From Paraspadella gotoi (Eukaryota; Animalia; Chaetognatha): a DNA stretch of 64,000 nucleotides. Made by a program: the position numbers and the translations under genes. The notes beneath the pieces were generated by a model, which ran no database searches, was not told where the DNA came from, and saw nothing but the letters and a program-made list of their open reading frames with translations. The first letter of the stretch is position 1; each line of letters opens with the position of its first letter. Below, piece after piece: positions 31,702 through 55,627 of this stretch. The stretch covers positions 22,139,875-22,203,874 of the forward strand of contig CM119266.1 of the NCBI GenBank assembly GCA_051294375.1, read 5' to 3'.

Positions 31702-33315
31702 TTTATCTCAAAGACGAATCCCATGACGCTGGCGCGAAACGGAACTTCCGGCGACAGAATTTTTCGTCCTTTATCGTCCTCCACTCGATAATCGGTAAAG
31801 TCTCCGGCGCCGGGATGAGATTTCGGCGACACAGAGTCTCCGGCGTCGGTTCGTAGGTCGGTGTCTGCCGGAGGCGCTCAACGTAAGCGTCGTCGATCCC
31901 GGCGTCGACGGCGCCCTTGACGATGACTTGGACGTAGCGGCGCGAGGGAGGTGCGGTCGCCTCGAGGGTGCCGGGTTTACTGAAGCCGTTTCGAATATAA
32001 AACATTAACAAGACAATAAAAGGGTAAAACTTTACATTCGACGACCAGGATTTTCGCTTCCTATGAGTAACAATGTTTAAAAAATTAATTAAATAAACAA
32101 GAAGGGTCCTTCAAATGTGTTGCACCGCAGTGACTTTCTTTTCACGTTTATTTCCGAGGGATCACGTCACCAACGCAGAGAATGGATTATCAAGTGGCTT
32201 GCCTCTCTTGGCTTCTCCGTCTTTTCTTCTGATTGACCAATCAGAGAGAAGGCTTGTCAACGTCAATGACCTATCTGCAAAGTTTCGACTACAACAACCA
32301 AATATTACGAAAAATATGCCTTTTTTACTTTGAGATCACGTGACGGTAGTTCTGTGAAGTCACGTGACTACACAAGTACGAAACGCCTACTTCCTTCGTT
32401 GATATGTACAACAATCATTCACGGATGCCATACTTGTCTGCCTAGTACTCGCGGCGCAACTAAAAATGGTGAAAGTATTACCTAACAGCCCTAACCGTAA
32501 CCCTAAACCGCCCTTACCTTTATCACCCCTAACCCTAAATACCCATTTCCTCTGTCGGCGAAGGTAAAATTAAGTAAAATAAATGTTTAGCAATAGTTGA
32601 AACTCCTCACTTGAATAAAACAAATGCATGAATGAGTTCTCCGTCGTAGCAGACGATTTTCTTCTCGATCCCTTCATACGAGATTTCCATCTTCATGAGC
32701 TTCTCAAAGTCAGCTTTGGAAAGGCGAAACGCGACGCCGTGGACTTGGTCCTCGGGTGAGCCTTCCTTTTTGGATAGATATCAAGATAGATATTTTCGGC
32801 AAGGTCTCTGACTTAGCGACCAAAACCCACATATTATTTAAATCGTTCACTTATTTCTACGTAAAAAATTGTCTTGTCTTCACAAGAGAATGACGCATAA
32901 AATATGTTGATCGCAAAATTAAATAAACATGAATTACTATTAGTTGCTGAAATTTTTACCCAAATTATATCAATTCATAATGTTTAATAGTTAGTCTTAA
33001 TTACATATTGGTATATGTATACTGTACAGGATAACGATTAAGGTGGCTCTTTACCTTGATGCCAGCAAAGGCAGGCTCGACGAGGTCGAAGCCGGCGACG
33101 TTGAAGGCTAATTTGTGTCCCTTGAGGATTCCCACTTTTTCGTCCAGAACCCGAATTTGCTTCAACAATTCCAAGTTCTTTCTATTCATGTTGCTGCCAA
33201 AACCAAAAGACCAGACGGTCTGTTTGGAGTCTTCGTTGTTACTGCAGACGTCGTCATTGTTGGAGTTGGCATCGTTCACTCCATTTGAAGTCGACCCAAT
33301 CGTTGAAGTAGACAT
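30979..33315 (-). CDS. Gamma-glutamylcyclotransferase (GGCT/AIG2-like) protein with a C-terminal cytochrome-b5/MAPR-like domain; one apparent 1-bp deletion
   Basis: Exons 33315-33055, 32765-32611, 31979-31699, 31565-31419, 31120-30979 (986 nt; one more base gives 329 codons). Motifs WSFGFGSNM, VHGVAFRL, LMKMEISY, PSRRY. After the frameshift: ASVMGFVFEI and LTEDQQEFIMRFFDHILSKGRILGYL. Confidence 0.85.
32133..32466 (-). mobile_element. Divergent family-B-like element in GGCT intron 2
   Basis: Shares termini aatgtgttgcaccgcagtgacttt and tactcgcggcgcaactaaaa with family B but has a different interior. Confidence 0.55.
32481..32540 (+). repeat. Degenerate telomere-like (CCCTAA)n tract
   Basis: cctaacagccctaaccgtaaccctaaaccgcccttacc..cccctaaccctaaat. 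Confidence 0.55.
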
Positions 33316-34911
33316 TGTCAGTAAATATTGAAGGATTTAGTTTTCGAGACAGTTTGATTTTAAAAGCAACACTCGAGTATCATTCCGGGTGACAAGAACC
33401 TGTTTCCTCCTAAAACGACAAAGTAGTCGTCGACTGGATTTCATTTTAAACCAATAAAAAACTGGTGAGTGAACCAGGATGTGGTTTGATTGGTCAAATT
33501 ATATTATTTCTCTTTCATTCTCCCTCCCTCCCCCCCCCTCTCTCTCTTTCCTCTTTTATTTCTTTCTTTTTGTCTCTCTCCCACCCTTTTCAGTCATTTT
33601 TCAACCAAGATCCCATTTTTCTGAAACCCACTTTACAAGTCGAGTTTCGGGATGAGACCTCGGGTAATTTTAATGGCAGCCGGAATGCGTTCCCTGACAT
33701 CAAGTTAACCTCCACTTACCAGTTTTAATTAAAAATTTGAAATGAAAATATGTTTAACTCCCATAAATTGAAAACTTGAAAAGAATAATTTCAAGGGGCA
33801 GTTTCAAACTTTATAACAAATAGTTTATTTTTATTATTTCCTAATTTCTATTTTACAGCAGGATCGAGAAAATATATATCGCCATAAACGGGAAAATATT
33901 TGCATTTGACTGAGCGAGATCAGACAACAATAAAAGAAAAGGTAAGTGACGGTCATTGAGAGAAATCAGACCATAAAGGAAATAAAGGTTTTTCAAGATC
34001 AAACATTTCGTCGTCGTTTTAGCTGTCGCCTTTGCCCGAGTCTTTTCGAGCTGTTTAATCAGTTGCTTTTAGCCTTTTACTATAAATAATTCAGTATAAA
34101 TACGATGGAGCGCTTAGAAACAAAATCGATAGTTATTTGGTTAATCAATTCATCACAATGTACAAAAAATATCTTTCTTATACTATTCTGATGCGAACCA
34201 AAACAAAAATTAAAAGAAATTTGTACATAGTTATAATCCTAATGAAATACAAAGATTTAAAAAAAAAGTGATTCCGCATAAAAAGTGAGGAAAAAAAGGA
34301 AACCATGTTGATGTGTTAAGTTTCAAAAATTAAAAAAAAAGTGAAAATATAGAAAATTAAAAGATTTTATCTATATTGACAACCCAAAGATTATTAGATC
34401 AAAGTATCTGTTCTGTACTGAGAAGTATTCAACGAATCTTTCTCAAGATTTCTCATTCATATGAGTGGCCATTTGTCGATTAAAGTATGTTTCGGTTTGA
34501 TGTTACTTGGAGGACGTTGTCTACTGAACAAAGCTGGAAAGAGAGGCGAGCCGCTTAATATAGTATAACCACTGGTTATTAACCAGTTAATGCTAATCTA
34601 GTCGGTGTCATCGTTCTGATATTACGACTTTACGTAACCATGAAATTTTCCAATGCCGAAGAGATAAAAAAAACTGGTTTCTATTTCAATGTCACGACAT
34701 ATATCAAGGTCAAAGTGGTGTTGAGTAACATAAAAACCTGTTTCTATTGTAAAATCCTCGCGTAACTTTTCAAAAGTTAACAAAATCGTCAAAACTAAGC
34801 CCAAGGAGCTCCATCATTCGAATATGAAGCAGAGAACTTGTCAAAAGGACAACCATCCTTGGAGACAACAATAATAGACAAAAAGATTTTAAAAAAAAGA
34901 TTGTCTACGTC

Positions 34912-36861
34912 ATGGTGCCCATTCAAAACAACTGGGCGGCATTGGTGGCCATTTGCGGCACGGTCTTCGCAATGGTCTCCGGTTATTCCTCCATCTTCAG
35001 TTTGGCGCCGAAATTGGTTCGTGACTTTGGATTCCTCGAGAATCAAGTCGGACTCTTGGGCGGGATTCTCATGGGTGAGTCTTAGGGGAACGAATAGCAT
35101 TCGTTATCAATCAATAACAAAATGACTTTAAATCTTTTGAAGGTCAATTTCAAACGTTTCGAAGGGAATAGCGATAATCTGATGAAACCGTATACAATTG
35201 ATTATAATCGAGATGACAACTTCAAAGCGAATCGCCCTCCAAATTTTCTTATCTGTATTTCTATTTCGCCCAGAAACACCCCCCTTCTTCAATACTTTTC
35301 AACTTCACCACGCCCAAATTTCCACAGACCTCATCCCCCGCCCCCTTCATTCACCCCGCAGGCGCCTACTTCGCCGGCGCCGTCCTCAACATCCTCTGGA
35401 GTCTCGCCGCAGACAGATTCGGACGCAGAGTCATTCTGCTGGTGACGCTCGTCGGAATCGGCGCTTCCTTTATGGGGCTGGGCCTGGCGATGTCCTACGA
35501 GGTGGCGATAGGGTGCCGAGTGGTCGCCGGCGCCTTTGACTCGGTGGGCGTGTCCCGCGGCGCCGTCGCCTCCGTCTCCGACAAAGACTCGCGCGCCTTC
35601 AACATGGGCGTACTGGTCGTCGCCGTCCAATTGGGATTTCTCGTCGGGCCAATATTCTCTGGGATCTTGGCCGGTGCGTTAAAGCGGCTGTTTAAACATG
35701 GTGAGAATAGGATTTTACTTCCTCCGTTTTCTCCTACCTTCCTTCCGCAGAAATAAACTTGGACGGAACGCCCCTCGTCGACTATCCCTACCTCCTCCCG
35801 GCTTTCTTCTCCTCCTCCCTCTGCTTCATCGCCTTCCTCCTCGTCGGGTATTTTTACTTCGACGAGAACAACGACGACGACGACGACGACGATGCCGCTG
35901 GGAACGGCAAGAAGGTAAGTTCGTTGCTTTTCGCGCGTACTAATTTTAGAAATGATATTTTGGCGCAAATATATAAACTTTTACCTAACAATTATTTTGT
36001 CCCCGTTTTGTTCGTCAGGAAACGAGAAGAAAAAAATAATTGTTAAAAATTTCATTGCTCAGGAAATTTCTATTTTTTTAAAATGTTTCTCCTTGTACCT
36101 GATTCCAGCCGATGCTCCGTCATTTGGAATCGAGCCCCTCGTTCCGTGACGCCGACGACGAGATGTCGGACGATGAGGCTCCGCCGAAGCCGCCCTCTTC
36201 CGGCTGCCCACGCCCCTCGGTCGGCATCGGCCGCGTCGTCCTCATCGTCTTTCTCTACGGGTTTCACAGCCTCTTCGGCAAGAGCGTCTTGGAGGCCGTG
36301 GTTCTGTGGGGAAGTCTGGATTGGTCCCACGGCGGGCTGGGCCTCTCCGGCTCCACCATCGGTCTGGTCGTGGGCCTTCCAAACGCCTTCTCAGCCGCTG
36401 CCTGCCTGCTGCTTAACCCTTACCTAGGGTCCAAATTGGGTACGCGAAACGCTGCGCTGCTGGGCAGCGTCGCCTCCGTCGTCTTCTGCTTCCTCCTGCC
36501 GACAGTTCGACTGACGGACGAAAACTTCATCCCGGAAGCGCGGGCGGCGGCGCTTTGCGGCATCTATTCCCTGCAGCGTATGGCCAACATGCTGCTGCTG
36601 CAGAATCTGGCGCTGCTGATGCACGAACTCTGCCCGCGGCGGCTCCGGGGCATCGTGAACGGGTTCGCCGCCACCGGCGCCATGATTTGCTGCGCGGCGG
36701 GACCGATCATTGTCGGCGCCATTATCTCGGCCAACGACGCGGACTACGTAGGTCCGCCCTCCATTTACGTCTACGGCATCGTCTTCGCTGTGTTGGCGCT
36801 CCTCAATTGCGCCATCGGACTTGGTCTCGTTCTTTTGCCCGTGACGAGTAAAAATTTTTAA
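34912..36861 (+). CDS. Major facilitator superfamily transporter, ZIFL/YCR023C-like, ~463 aa
   Basis: Exons 34912-35074, 35362-35673, 35751-35914, 36109-36861 (1392 nt, in frame, all GT-AG). MFS motif A (WSLAADRFGRR), GFLVGPIFSGIL, YPYLLP, LGSKLGTR, RGIVNG. Confidence 0.9.
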
Positions 36862-36916
36862 ATTTTTACCAATCTTGTTTGTAATATTGATTTTAATTGA
36901 CTGCTTTATGGCAACG

Positions 36917-37122
36917 GGAGAAATGCCTGTGATACCCGGGGCGCGGGGTATCTCACCAACGGGTGTAGGGGCTGCGGACCCTCAGTGACCGTCTCCTATC
37001 ACTGGCCTGTTTAGACCGGCTCCGTCACATTTAAGCCAGAACCGGGATACCCAGGGATTGAACTCGGGACGCACGGTTGTAACGAGAGGATTTAGCCTGC
37101 TCAGCGGCTGAGGACGGACAGC
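36917..37122 (-). mobile_element. Probable tRNA-derived SINE
   Basis: GC-rich insert in AT-rich DNA. Minus strand has an A-box-like ccgctgagcagg, then a B-box-like gagttcaatccc; hairpin gatacccggggcgcggggtatc near the 3' end. Single copy in the window; boundaries approximate. Confidence 0.5.
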
Positions 37123-37946
37123 AGTGAGGCAGCTTTAAGTCTTGCTTCAGCTTCACTTAATAATTGTAGACGTTTGAATTTCTGCACGCGCTGATAATAA
37201 GCACGGGAATGGTGCGCTATTACGTTATAAATGTTTACAAAGCTAATAGCTTTTCAGTGAACAAAGCGTTATTAATGAAACGTTATCAATTATTAAAAAG
37301 TTTTAAATCCTTCTCTTTGTTTTTTTCGTCGTTTATTATAAATAGAAAGAGTAATTAAAAGTCATTATTTTTTTAGATTCTCGGAAACTTTATTAAAAAC
37401 TTTCGCTTCTCGCGTGTCTCCTCTCCGCAGAGCTTCGACTTTTTTTTTCCTCGAAGTTCCATGATTCCCCAGGAGAGATTTCTCGGCTTTAGTTGCGTGT
37501 CGTCGTCGTTGTCATTGTCGTTGTTGTCGTCGTTGTCATCGTCGTCGTCCACACGCGATTAAAGCTTTAATCTCGATCGTCATACAAGAATGACGACAAT
37601 GACGACGACGGCGACGGTTTACCTTAATCATTGTCTCACCCTGGAGACCTCTCGTCGTCGTCATGTTCGTCCTCGTCGTCGACATCGTCGTCGTATGAGT
37701 CTGAGTGCAGGTTGTTGCCTTCGTCGCAATGATCGTCGTCGTCGTCGTCGTCGTAACCGTCGTCCAGCCAATTGGTCCTCATTCTATTGATGTCTTCGCC
37801 GTCGTGTTTTTCCCAAAAATCAAAACGCTGAGCAATCGTAATTTTTTTAAAAGAAAAACGACCTATAAAATAAAACATCAGCTTTTAAAAAATTCTCTCT
37901 CTCTCTCTCTCTTTTCTACCTCTCTCTCTCTCTTTCTACTCTCTCT

Positions 37947-38050
<104 letters not shown>

Positions 38051-38220
38051 TAAATTATAAATCAAAGCATTCCATCCTCCGTAATCCAGGACGATTCTGG
38101 CTCCACGACGCTTCCATCCTCGAAGATGAAATCGAGGAAATCCTCCAACACTTTCCATCGTCTGCTCCGGACATCATCCGCCGACGCCGGCGCCCCGGCG
38201 TCGCCGTCTCCCCCGGTGGA

Positions 38221-50068
<11,848 letters not shown>

Positions 50069-50083
50069 GAAGAAATAAAACGA

Positions 50084-50159
<76 letters not shown>

Positions 50160-50784
50160 TTATCTCTTTTTCTCCATCATTTATTTTTTTACGTTAAGTG
50201 TTAAATGGAAGCAAGAGGAATGGAACTAACTCGCAACTCGATCGGATACGATTTAACTTACCCTTAACGGAGTCAATATTCTCGCACCCATTTTTGCTCT
50301 CTGGCCGCGTGGGCTTAAACATATCAGAGTGAAACGATTCATAGCCGAATTTTCGCTTGTCTTTTATTTGCTTCCGATGTTCACTCAATGCATTTGATGT
50401 TAACCTCCCAAAAATATCTTATTTTTGTTACTGGCCTTAACATTACTGTAATGCTATACGTATTTTTTCTTCATAATTCGTTTAAATTAGTTCGAATTTT
50501 TTTTTTTACCCTCTCCATTTCTTTTCCTAACTAAACAATTAACAAATGTAGACATAGTTATATTGTTATTTATTTTATCACCGTCTTTTCGCATGAATAA
50601 AAAAAGCAAATTCATCTTCGCCTCGCATTCAGACCATTTTTTTATTTTATTCTCAAACTTAGAAAAATATTACTCGTTCGGTTTGGTCAAGCTATGTTAC
50701 CATACAATCATACTGCTCGAATATTTAAAATCTAATCGTGGACGTGATAAAAACACGCCAAGACGACGAGAGACAATCGAACAG

Positions 50785-52500
50785 ATGATCGACATTGAGG
50801 ACAAAATCGTTGCAAACCAAAAGCCACCCACCACTCCAAGCACCCCGTCCGACACCACCGCCGCCTCCGCCACTTCCGGTCTCGACTTTTGCTCTTTTCT
50901 TCCCTCGGAGTTGACTCTTCGAATCTTTCGTTTCTTAAACGTCACGGATTTGGCGTCGTGCGCGCGATGCGGACGCGAGTGGCGGCGACGCGTCAACGAA
51001 GAAGCGCTGTGGTTCCGGATGTGCAAGGATCGAGGCTGGGAGAGATTCGGGAGGCGTGGGTCGAGACCCGACGACGACGAAGACGATGATGAGTGTCGAT
51101 CGGAGAGATTTTATCAGGAAATCATTTGGACGCCGAGTTTCGATCGACGTCGGCGAGCGGCGTCGTCGGGGTCCCCGACATTTATCGGCGCCGACTTGGA
51201 ACCGGATTCGAGTCGCCAGTTGAAAAAAACGTTGGAATATGACGACGATCAAAGCGACGAACAAATAAAAGAACAAGAAAGAGAAAATGAAGGAACAAAA
51301 GAATATTCTATCCAACTAACCAATCAACGACTCAAACCGATCGCCTGCCACTGGCGCCGAGTCTTTCGACGCGCCAATCATCTCCATCTCAACTGGCGTC
51401 GAGGTCGTTATGTCTCCACCGGCGTCTCATCGGCGTCGTCCCACGGCGGCTCCATCTCTTCTCTTTGCTTCTCGCGGCGTCACGGAGTCGTCTTCACCGC
51501 CTGTTCAGACGGCTTTGTCCGTTCGATCGACGTACGAACGATGGCGTTACTAGCAAAAGTGCGTACGGGCGACGTAGACGGAAAGTTGAACTCCACGATG
51601 CCGACCGTCGTACGAACTTGCGGATCTCGCGACTGCGGCGTCATCGTCGGTTGTGTCGACGGAACGTTGCGACTAATGAGCTTTTTTAACGGCGCCCTGA
51701 CCGAAATATGCGTCGCCACGGGGCGCCACTCGGCCGGCGTTGTCGCGTTGAAAGCGGCGTCGTTCGAGTACAATCCTGGCGCCCTCGAGTCGACGATCGT
51801 TTCGATCGGACTCGACGGATCAATCTTCGGCTGGCGACTTTCGATCTTCGGACTGACGTTGAGTTGGACGAGGGAGAGTGGCCACGCCGACGACGTCGAA
51901 TGCTGCGCCCTCGGTGGCCGCGTCTTCGTCACGGGATCCTGGGATGGGCGCCTCGTCGTCCGCGACGCCGCAACCGGTGACGTCATCGGCGTCTGCGTCA
52001 CGCATCTCGATCTCGTCAACTGCGTCACCGTCGTCGATGACGGCGTCGCTTCGACGATCATCTCCGGAGGCGGAGATGGCTGCGTGGCGGTTTGGAACGC
52101 CGACGCCTCTCGATCTCGGCCATTCCTTGTAGACCTGCTTGAAATCCACGACGCCGAAGTCTACTGCGTCGCCGCCAACCGCGAGTGGATCGTCTCCGGC
52201 GGAGCCGATTCCAACGTCGCCGTTTGGACGAGACTCGGCGTCCTGCTTCATCTGTTGACGCCGAAAGAGTTCGGGGGCCACGTGGGAATCGTGAGGGCGC
52301 TGCGGTTTCGCGACCACCACATCTTTGTCTCTTCCGGAGACTGCGGACGACTTTTGGTCTGGGACGCGCGCGCAGGGACGCTGCTACATCAGGTGCATCG
52401 GCAGCCGATCAGGATCAAGGAGATCGTCGTCGAGGAACACGTCGTCGTCACGGCGTCGCCCGGGCATCCCGGGGCCGTCGCTGCCGTCGCTTACTGGTGA
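50785..52500 (+). CDS. F-box/WD40-repeat protein (FBXW-like), single exon, ~571 aa
   Basis: F-box FCSFLPSELTLRIFRFLNVTDLASCARCGREWRRRVNEEALW; linker WRRVF..LHLNWRRG; WD repeats (GHADDVEC..VTGSWDG, ISGGGDGCVAVWN, VSGGADSNVAVW, LLVWD). AATAAA at 52561. Start assumed at ATG 50785. Confidence 0.92.
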   Translation: MIDIEDKIVANQKPPTTPSTPSDTTAASATSGLDFCSFLPSELTLRIFRFLNVTDLASCARCGREWRRRVNEEALWFRMCKDRGWERFGRRGSRPDDDEDDDECRSERFYQEIIWTPSFDRRRRAASSGSPTFIGADLEPDSSRQLKKTLEYDDDQSDEQIKEQERENEGTKEYSIQLTNQRLKPIACHWRRVFRRANHLHLNWRRGRYVSTGVSSASSHGGSISSLCFSRRHGVVFTACSDGFVRSIDVRTMALLAKVRTGDVDGKLNSTMPTVVRTCGSRDCGVIVGCVDGTLRLMSFFNGALTEICVATGRHSAGVVALKAASFEYNPGALESTIVSIGLDGSIFGWRLSIFGLTLSWTRESGHADDVECCALGGRVFVTGSWDGRLVVRDAATGDVIGVCVTHLDLVNCVTVVDDGVASTIISGGGDGCVAVWNADASRSRPFLVDLLEIHDAEVYCVAANREWIVSGGADSNVAVWTRLGVLLHLLTPKEFGGHVGIVRALRFRDHHIFVSSGDCGRLLVWDARAGTLLHQVHRQPIRIKEIVVEEHVVVTASPGHPGAVAAVAYW

Positions 52501-53027
52501 AACAGACGCTTTTGGATTCATCATTACTATTCCTAAATCTTACGATCTTATGATTTGACTAATAAATTTTTAAGTAAAAAAACTTCTATATTATAATTTT
52601 TTTTTGTCAGTCAGTGTTGATGTATTTGTTCAATTGTCAATGTATGCTATACATTGTATGGTCTTAATCAGAATGATTCGCAAAAGCTCTCTGCTCACTT
52701 AGTTGTATAAATCAGTAGTCGCGCACATTTTTAAATTCAGATGACAAAGAATTCATCAAGAATCCATAATTCTAATTGTTATAAGATTCAGGATGACTTG
52801 CATCTAAATATTCATTAATTAGGATTATGGTCCTTGTAAAGTATTACTCCCTGATTAAAAAGCTTCTATGAAACAAAATTTTGAAACCGGAAGTGAGATA
52901 TATATTTCTGAAAAAATTCGGTTAGTCTTAGTCTTAGTCTCAATAAGAATCAACAGTGAAAAATACAACAACAAAAAATAACGAAAAGCACGATTGATCT
53001 TTTTTTTCTTCTGTGGTTTGTGGTCAC

Positions 53028-54125
53028 TTATACGAAGAGATTTCTGAGGGGATCTTGTTCGCTGTAGGGCGGCGGAAGTTCGTTTTCGTGATCATCGAAA
53101 GGCGGTGGCGCCTGCAGCTGCGGCGGCTCCGTCGGCTGCAGTGCTGCTTCCGCAGTCGCCGTCGACTCGGACCAGAGCGGCGCCGATGGAGATATCGCGT
53201 CGACGACGTTTGGCTCGTGACGCAATTCTCGAGAATTTTCAACGCCACCGTCGACGCTGTCTGGCCTCTCCGGATTCGCGTAGATGATCCGGTCGCCGCC
53301 GCCGCCGCCGCCGCCGCCGGAGATGGCGCGACACGCATCGGTGGCGGTCCAGACAGCGATGGCGGTCTCGACGACAGACACGACGATGAGGACGACGTTA
53401 AAAACGAGAACGATGGGCATGACGTGATGAGCGCAGGGCTTCCACGGGATGGTGCCGAAGTCGTCGTCGTCGTCGTCGTCGTCGGCGAGGAAGTCGTAAA
53501 ACTCTTCGAACAAATCTCGCGTTCGATCGCAATTCGTTTTGGTGACGTAGAGATCGAGCGCCGCGCAGACGACGACCCCGCCGACCGCGGCGAGGCAGGA
53601 GATCACCGACAGCGTCAGCAGCAGCCATCGCCAAACGTTCGGACCGACGCAAATGCCCCCGCTGGCGCTATTCCACGCGGCGACCCCCGTCGCGAAGAAA
53701 ATGACCCCGGCCCAAATTCCGGCGCCGACGCGAGGAACGAAGCTGACGGGATTGACGATCACGACGACGATCTGGACGCCGATGCTGACGGCGCCGAGAA
53801 AAAGGTGCCAGCGCGCACCGGAGAAGCGCCTGCGACGCTGTAGGGATATGGAGGAAGTGGCGACGTCGTTGTTTTGAGTTAGGGAGGGAAGGCTGTTGAG
53901 AGAATTGTTAAAGTCGTAAGGAATGTCCGAAGCGCCGCTCACGTTGCCGCTGACCACGCAGCCGCGGTTTACGCCGCCGCAGATCCCGAGTTCCGTGAAA
54001 CCTGAATCTTCGCTGGAGCTAGGATCGGATTCGCCGAGGTGGCGCCGACGCTGCCACGGCGATCCTCTCCGGGGCCGTTTATTTGACGCCGGGTCGTTGC
54101 GTCTGGAATTCGCGTTTTCGTCCAT
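53028..54125 (-). CDS. MS4A/CD20-like four-transmembrane protein, single exon, 365 aa
   Basis: Four hydrophobic segments, a GAGIWAGVIFFATG motif in TM2, a Cys pair in the second loop and a C-terminal PY motif (LPPPYSE). Confidence 0.8.
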   Translation of the reverse strand: MDENANSRRNDPASNKRPRRGSPWQRRRHLGESDPSSSEDSGFTELGICGGVNRGCVVSGNVSGASDIPYDFNNSLNSLPSLTQNNDVATSSISLQRRRRFSGARWHLFLGAVSIGVQIVVVIVNPVSFVPRVGAGIWAGVIFFATGVAAWNSASGGICVGPNVWRWLLLTLSVISCLAAVGGVVVCAALDLYVTKTNCDRTRDLFEEFYDFLADDDDDDDDFGTIPWKPCAHHVMPIVLVFNVVLIVVSVVETAIAVWTATDACRAISGGGGGGGGDRIIYANPERPDSVDGGVENSRELRHEPNVVDAISPSAPLWSESTATAEAALQPTEPPQLQAPPPFDDHENELPPPYSEQDPLRNLFV

Positions 54126-55533
54126 GACTTTCTCGGGTTTAGTTTAAAGTCAAATCTCCCACAGAGAACAAAGTCTTTTTTTCTTTTTCTGAAAGCCGAA
54201 TTGAAAGACTCGAGATCAGATCCCTCGCGAGTTCCATCTCTTACTCGGATCTTTAATTCCTTCAACGCGAACAAATCTATGAGCCACAATGTTTTATTTT
54301 TTTTCCTTTCGTCCGAAATGTTTTCATAATATTTCGGGTTTGTTTTTGTTTTTCGACGATGAGAGAGAGAGAAAGAGATATAAAGAGAGAATCTCTCTCT
54401 TTTTAACTTCCTTCCTTTTCTCTCTGTTTTTTTTTTTTTTTTTTTTTTTTGAGATCTTTGGGCTTTGGCTCTTGAAGCTCGCGGCACGTAAAGCAGAAAG
54501 AGAGAGAGAGAAAAATAGCGCGCATCAGGTAGTATTAATAATACGAAGGATCTCCAGAAATCCGGATCGATTTCTTTCTTTGACGACGAGAAATGAAATG
54601 AAGACGCGAAAAACTGAAAAAATAAAAAAAAGGGGGAAAAAATATCTGCATCAAAAGTAAAGAATTAAATATAGTTTTCGAGTTCGAGTAGAAAAACGTT
54701 TGACTTTTTGTCGATCGTATTTATATATAATTTTTGGTTTGTTTGGGCGACGACGAAGACGACGACGACGACGAGGAACGAGAGAGAGAAATCTAAGAAG
54801 GAATTGTTCCTCACGTTTGAGAGAGAAGAAAATTGAGAAGTCAAGTCAAGGAACTCGTGAAGATTAAACTTTTATTTTTCGTGAATAAACATTTAATTTT
54901 TTTGTGTGTGTGAGTGTGATTGTGCAGATTTTTTGTAAAAAACGAGTCAATCTTATGAAAAAAAAAGAGGTGGTTTTTTTCTGAGGGCCAACGGCTTTGG
55001 AACAAAGAAAGGAAATTCCAGCGACCAGAGGGCGGAGACAGAAACCCCGGTCGGAACTTAACGGTTCCAATCTGGGGGGGGAATCTTATCAGTTAAATCG
55101 GAAAACGACCAAAAAAAAAAAGCCAAATCTGGGGAAAAATTATTTTTTGTCGGGAAATCCGGACGCGATCGCAAAATCGATCCCCGATTTTGAGCTTTTT
55201 CGTTTTTCTCTCAATTCCTTTGTGGTTTAAAATTAATTTAAATTTCTGAGTTGGAGCCAAATATTACGACGACGAGGACGACGACGACGACGACCGCAAT
55301 GATGACGTCGAATCATCGATCCCACCACGCCCCCCCCCTCGTGATCTCCTCTTTCCCATTCGCGTTTCGATTCCCGACCACGCGGCGTCGAGAGTCCAAC
55401 GTCAGCGTGACAGGACGCGTTATGCGCGGCCTCCTAATGTTGACCCAATCGCGATGACGACGACGACGAAGCCAATAAATTCGAAGCCACGCCCAGTGTA
55501 ACGACGATGAAGCGGAGAAGAAAGGCTTATGTT

Positions 55534-55627
<94 letters not shown>

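Noticed and set aside
32481-32540. Telomere-like tract as a chromosome fusion scar
   Set aside because: Short, degenerate, single orientation and adjacent to a TE; more likely element-derived.
37480-37880. Asp-rich minus ORF / Val-rich plus frame
   Set aside because: Dominated by (GAC/GTC)n repeats with nearby stops; cannot be assigned, though it may hold a 5' exon of the CCP gene.
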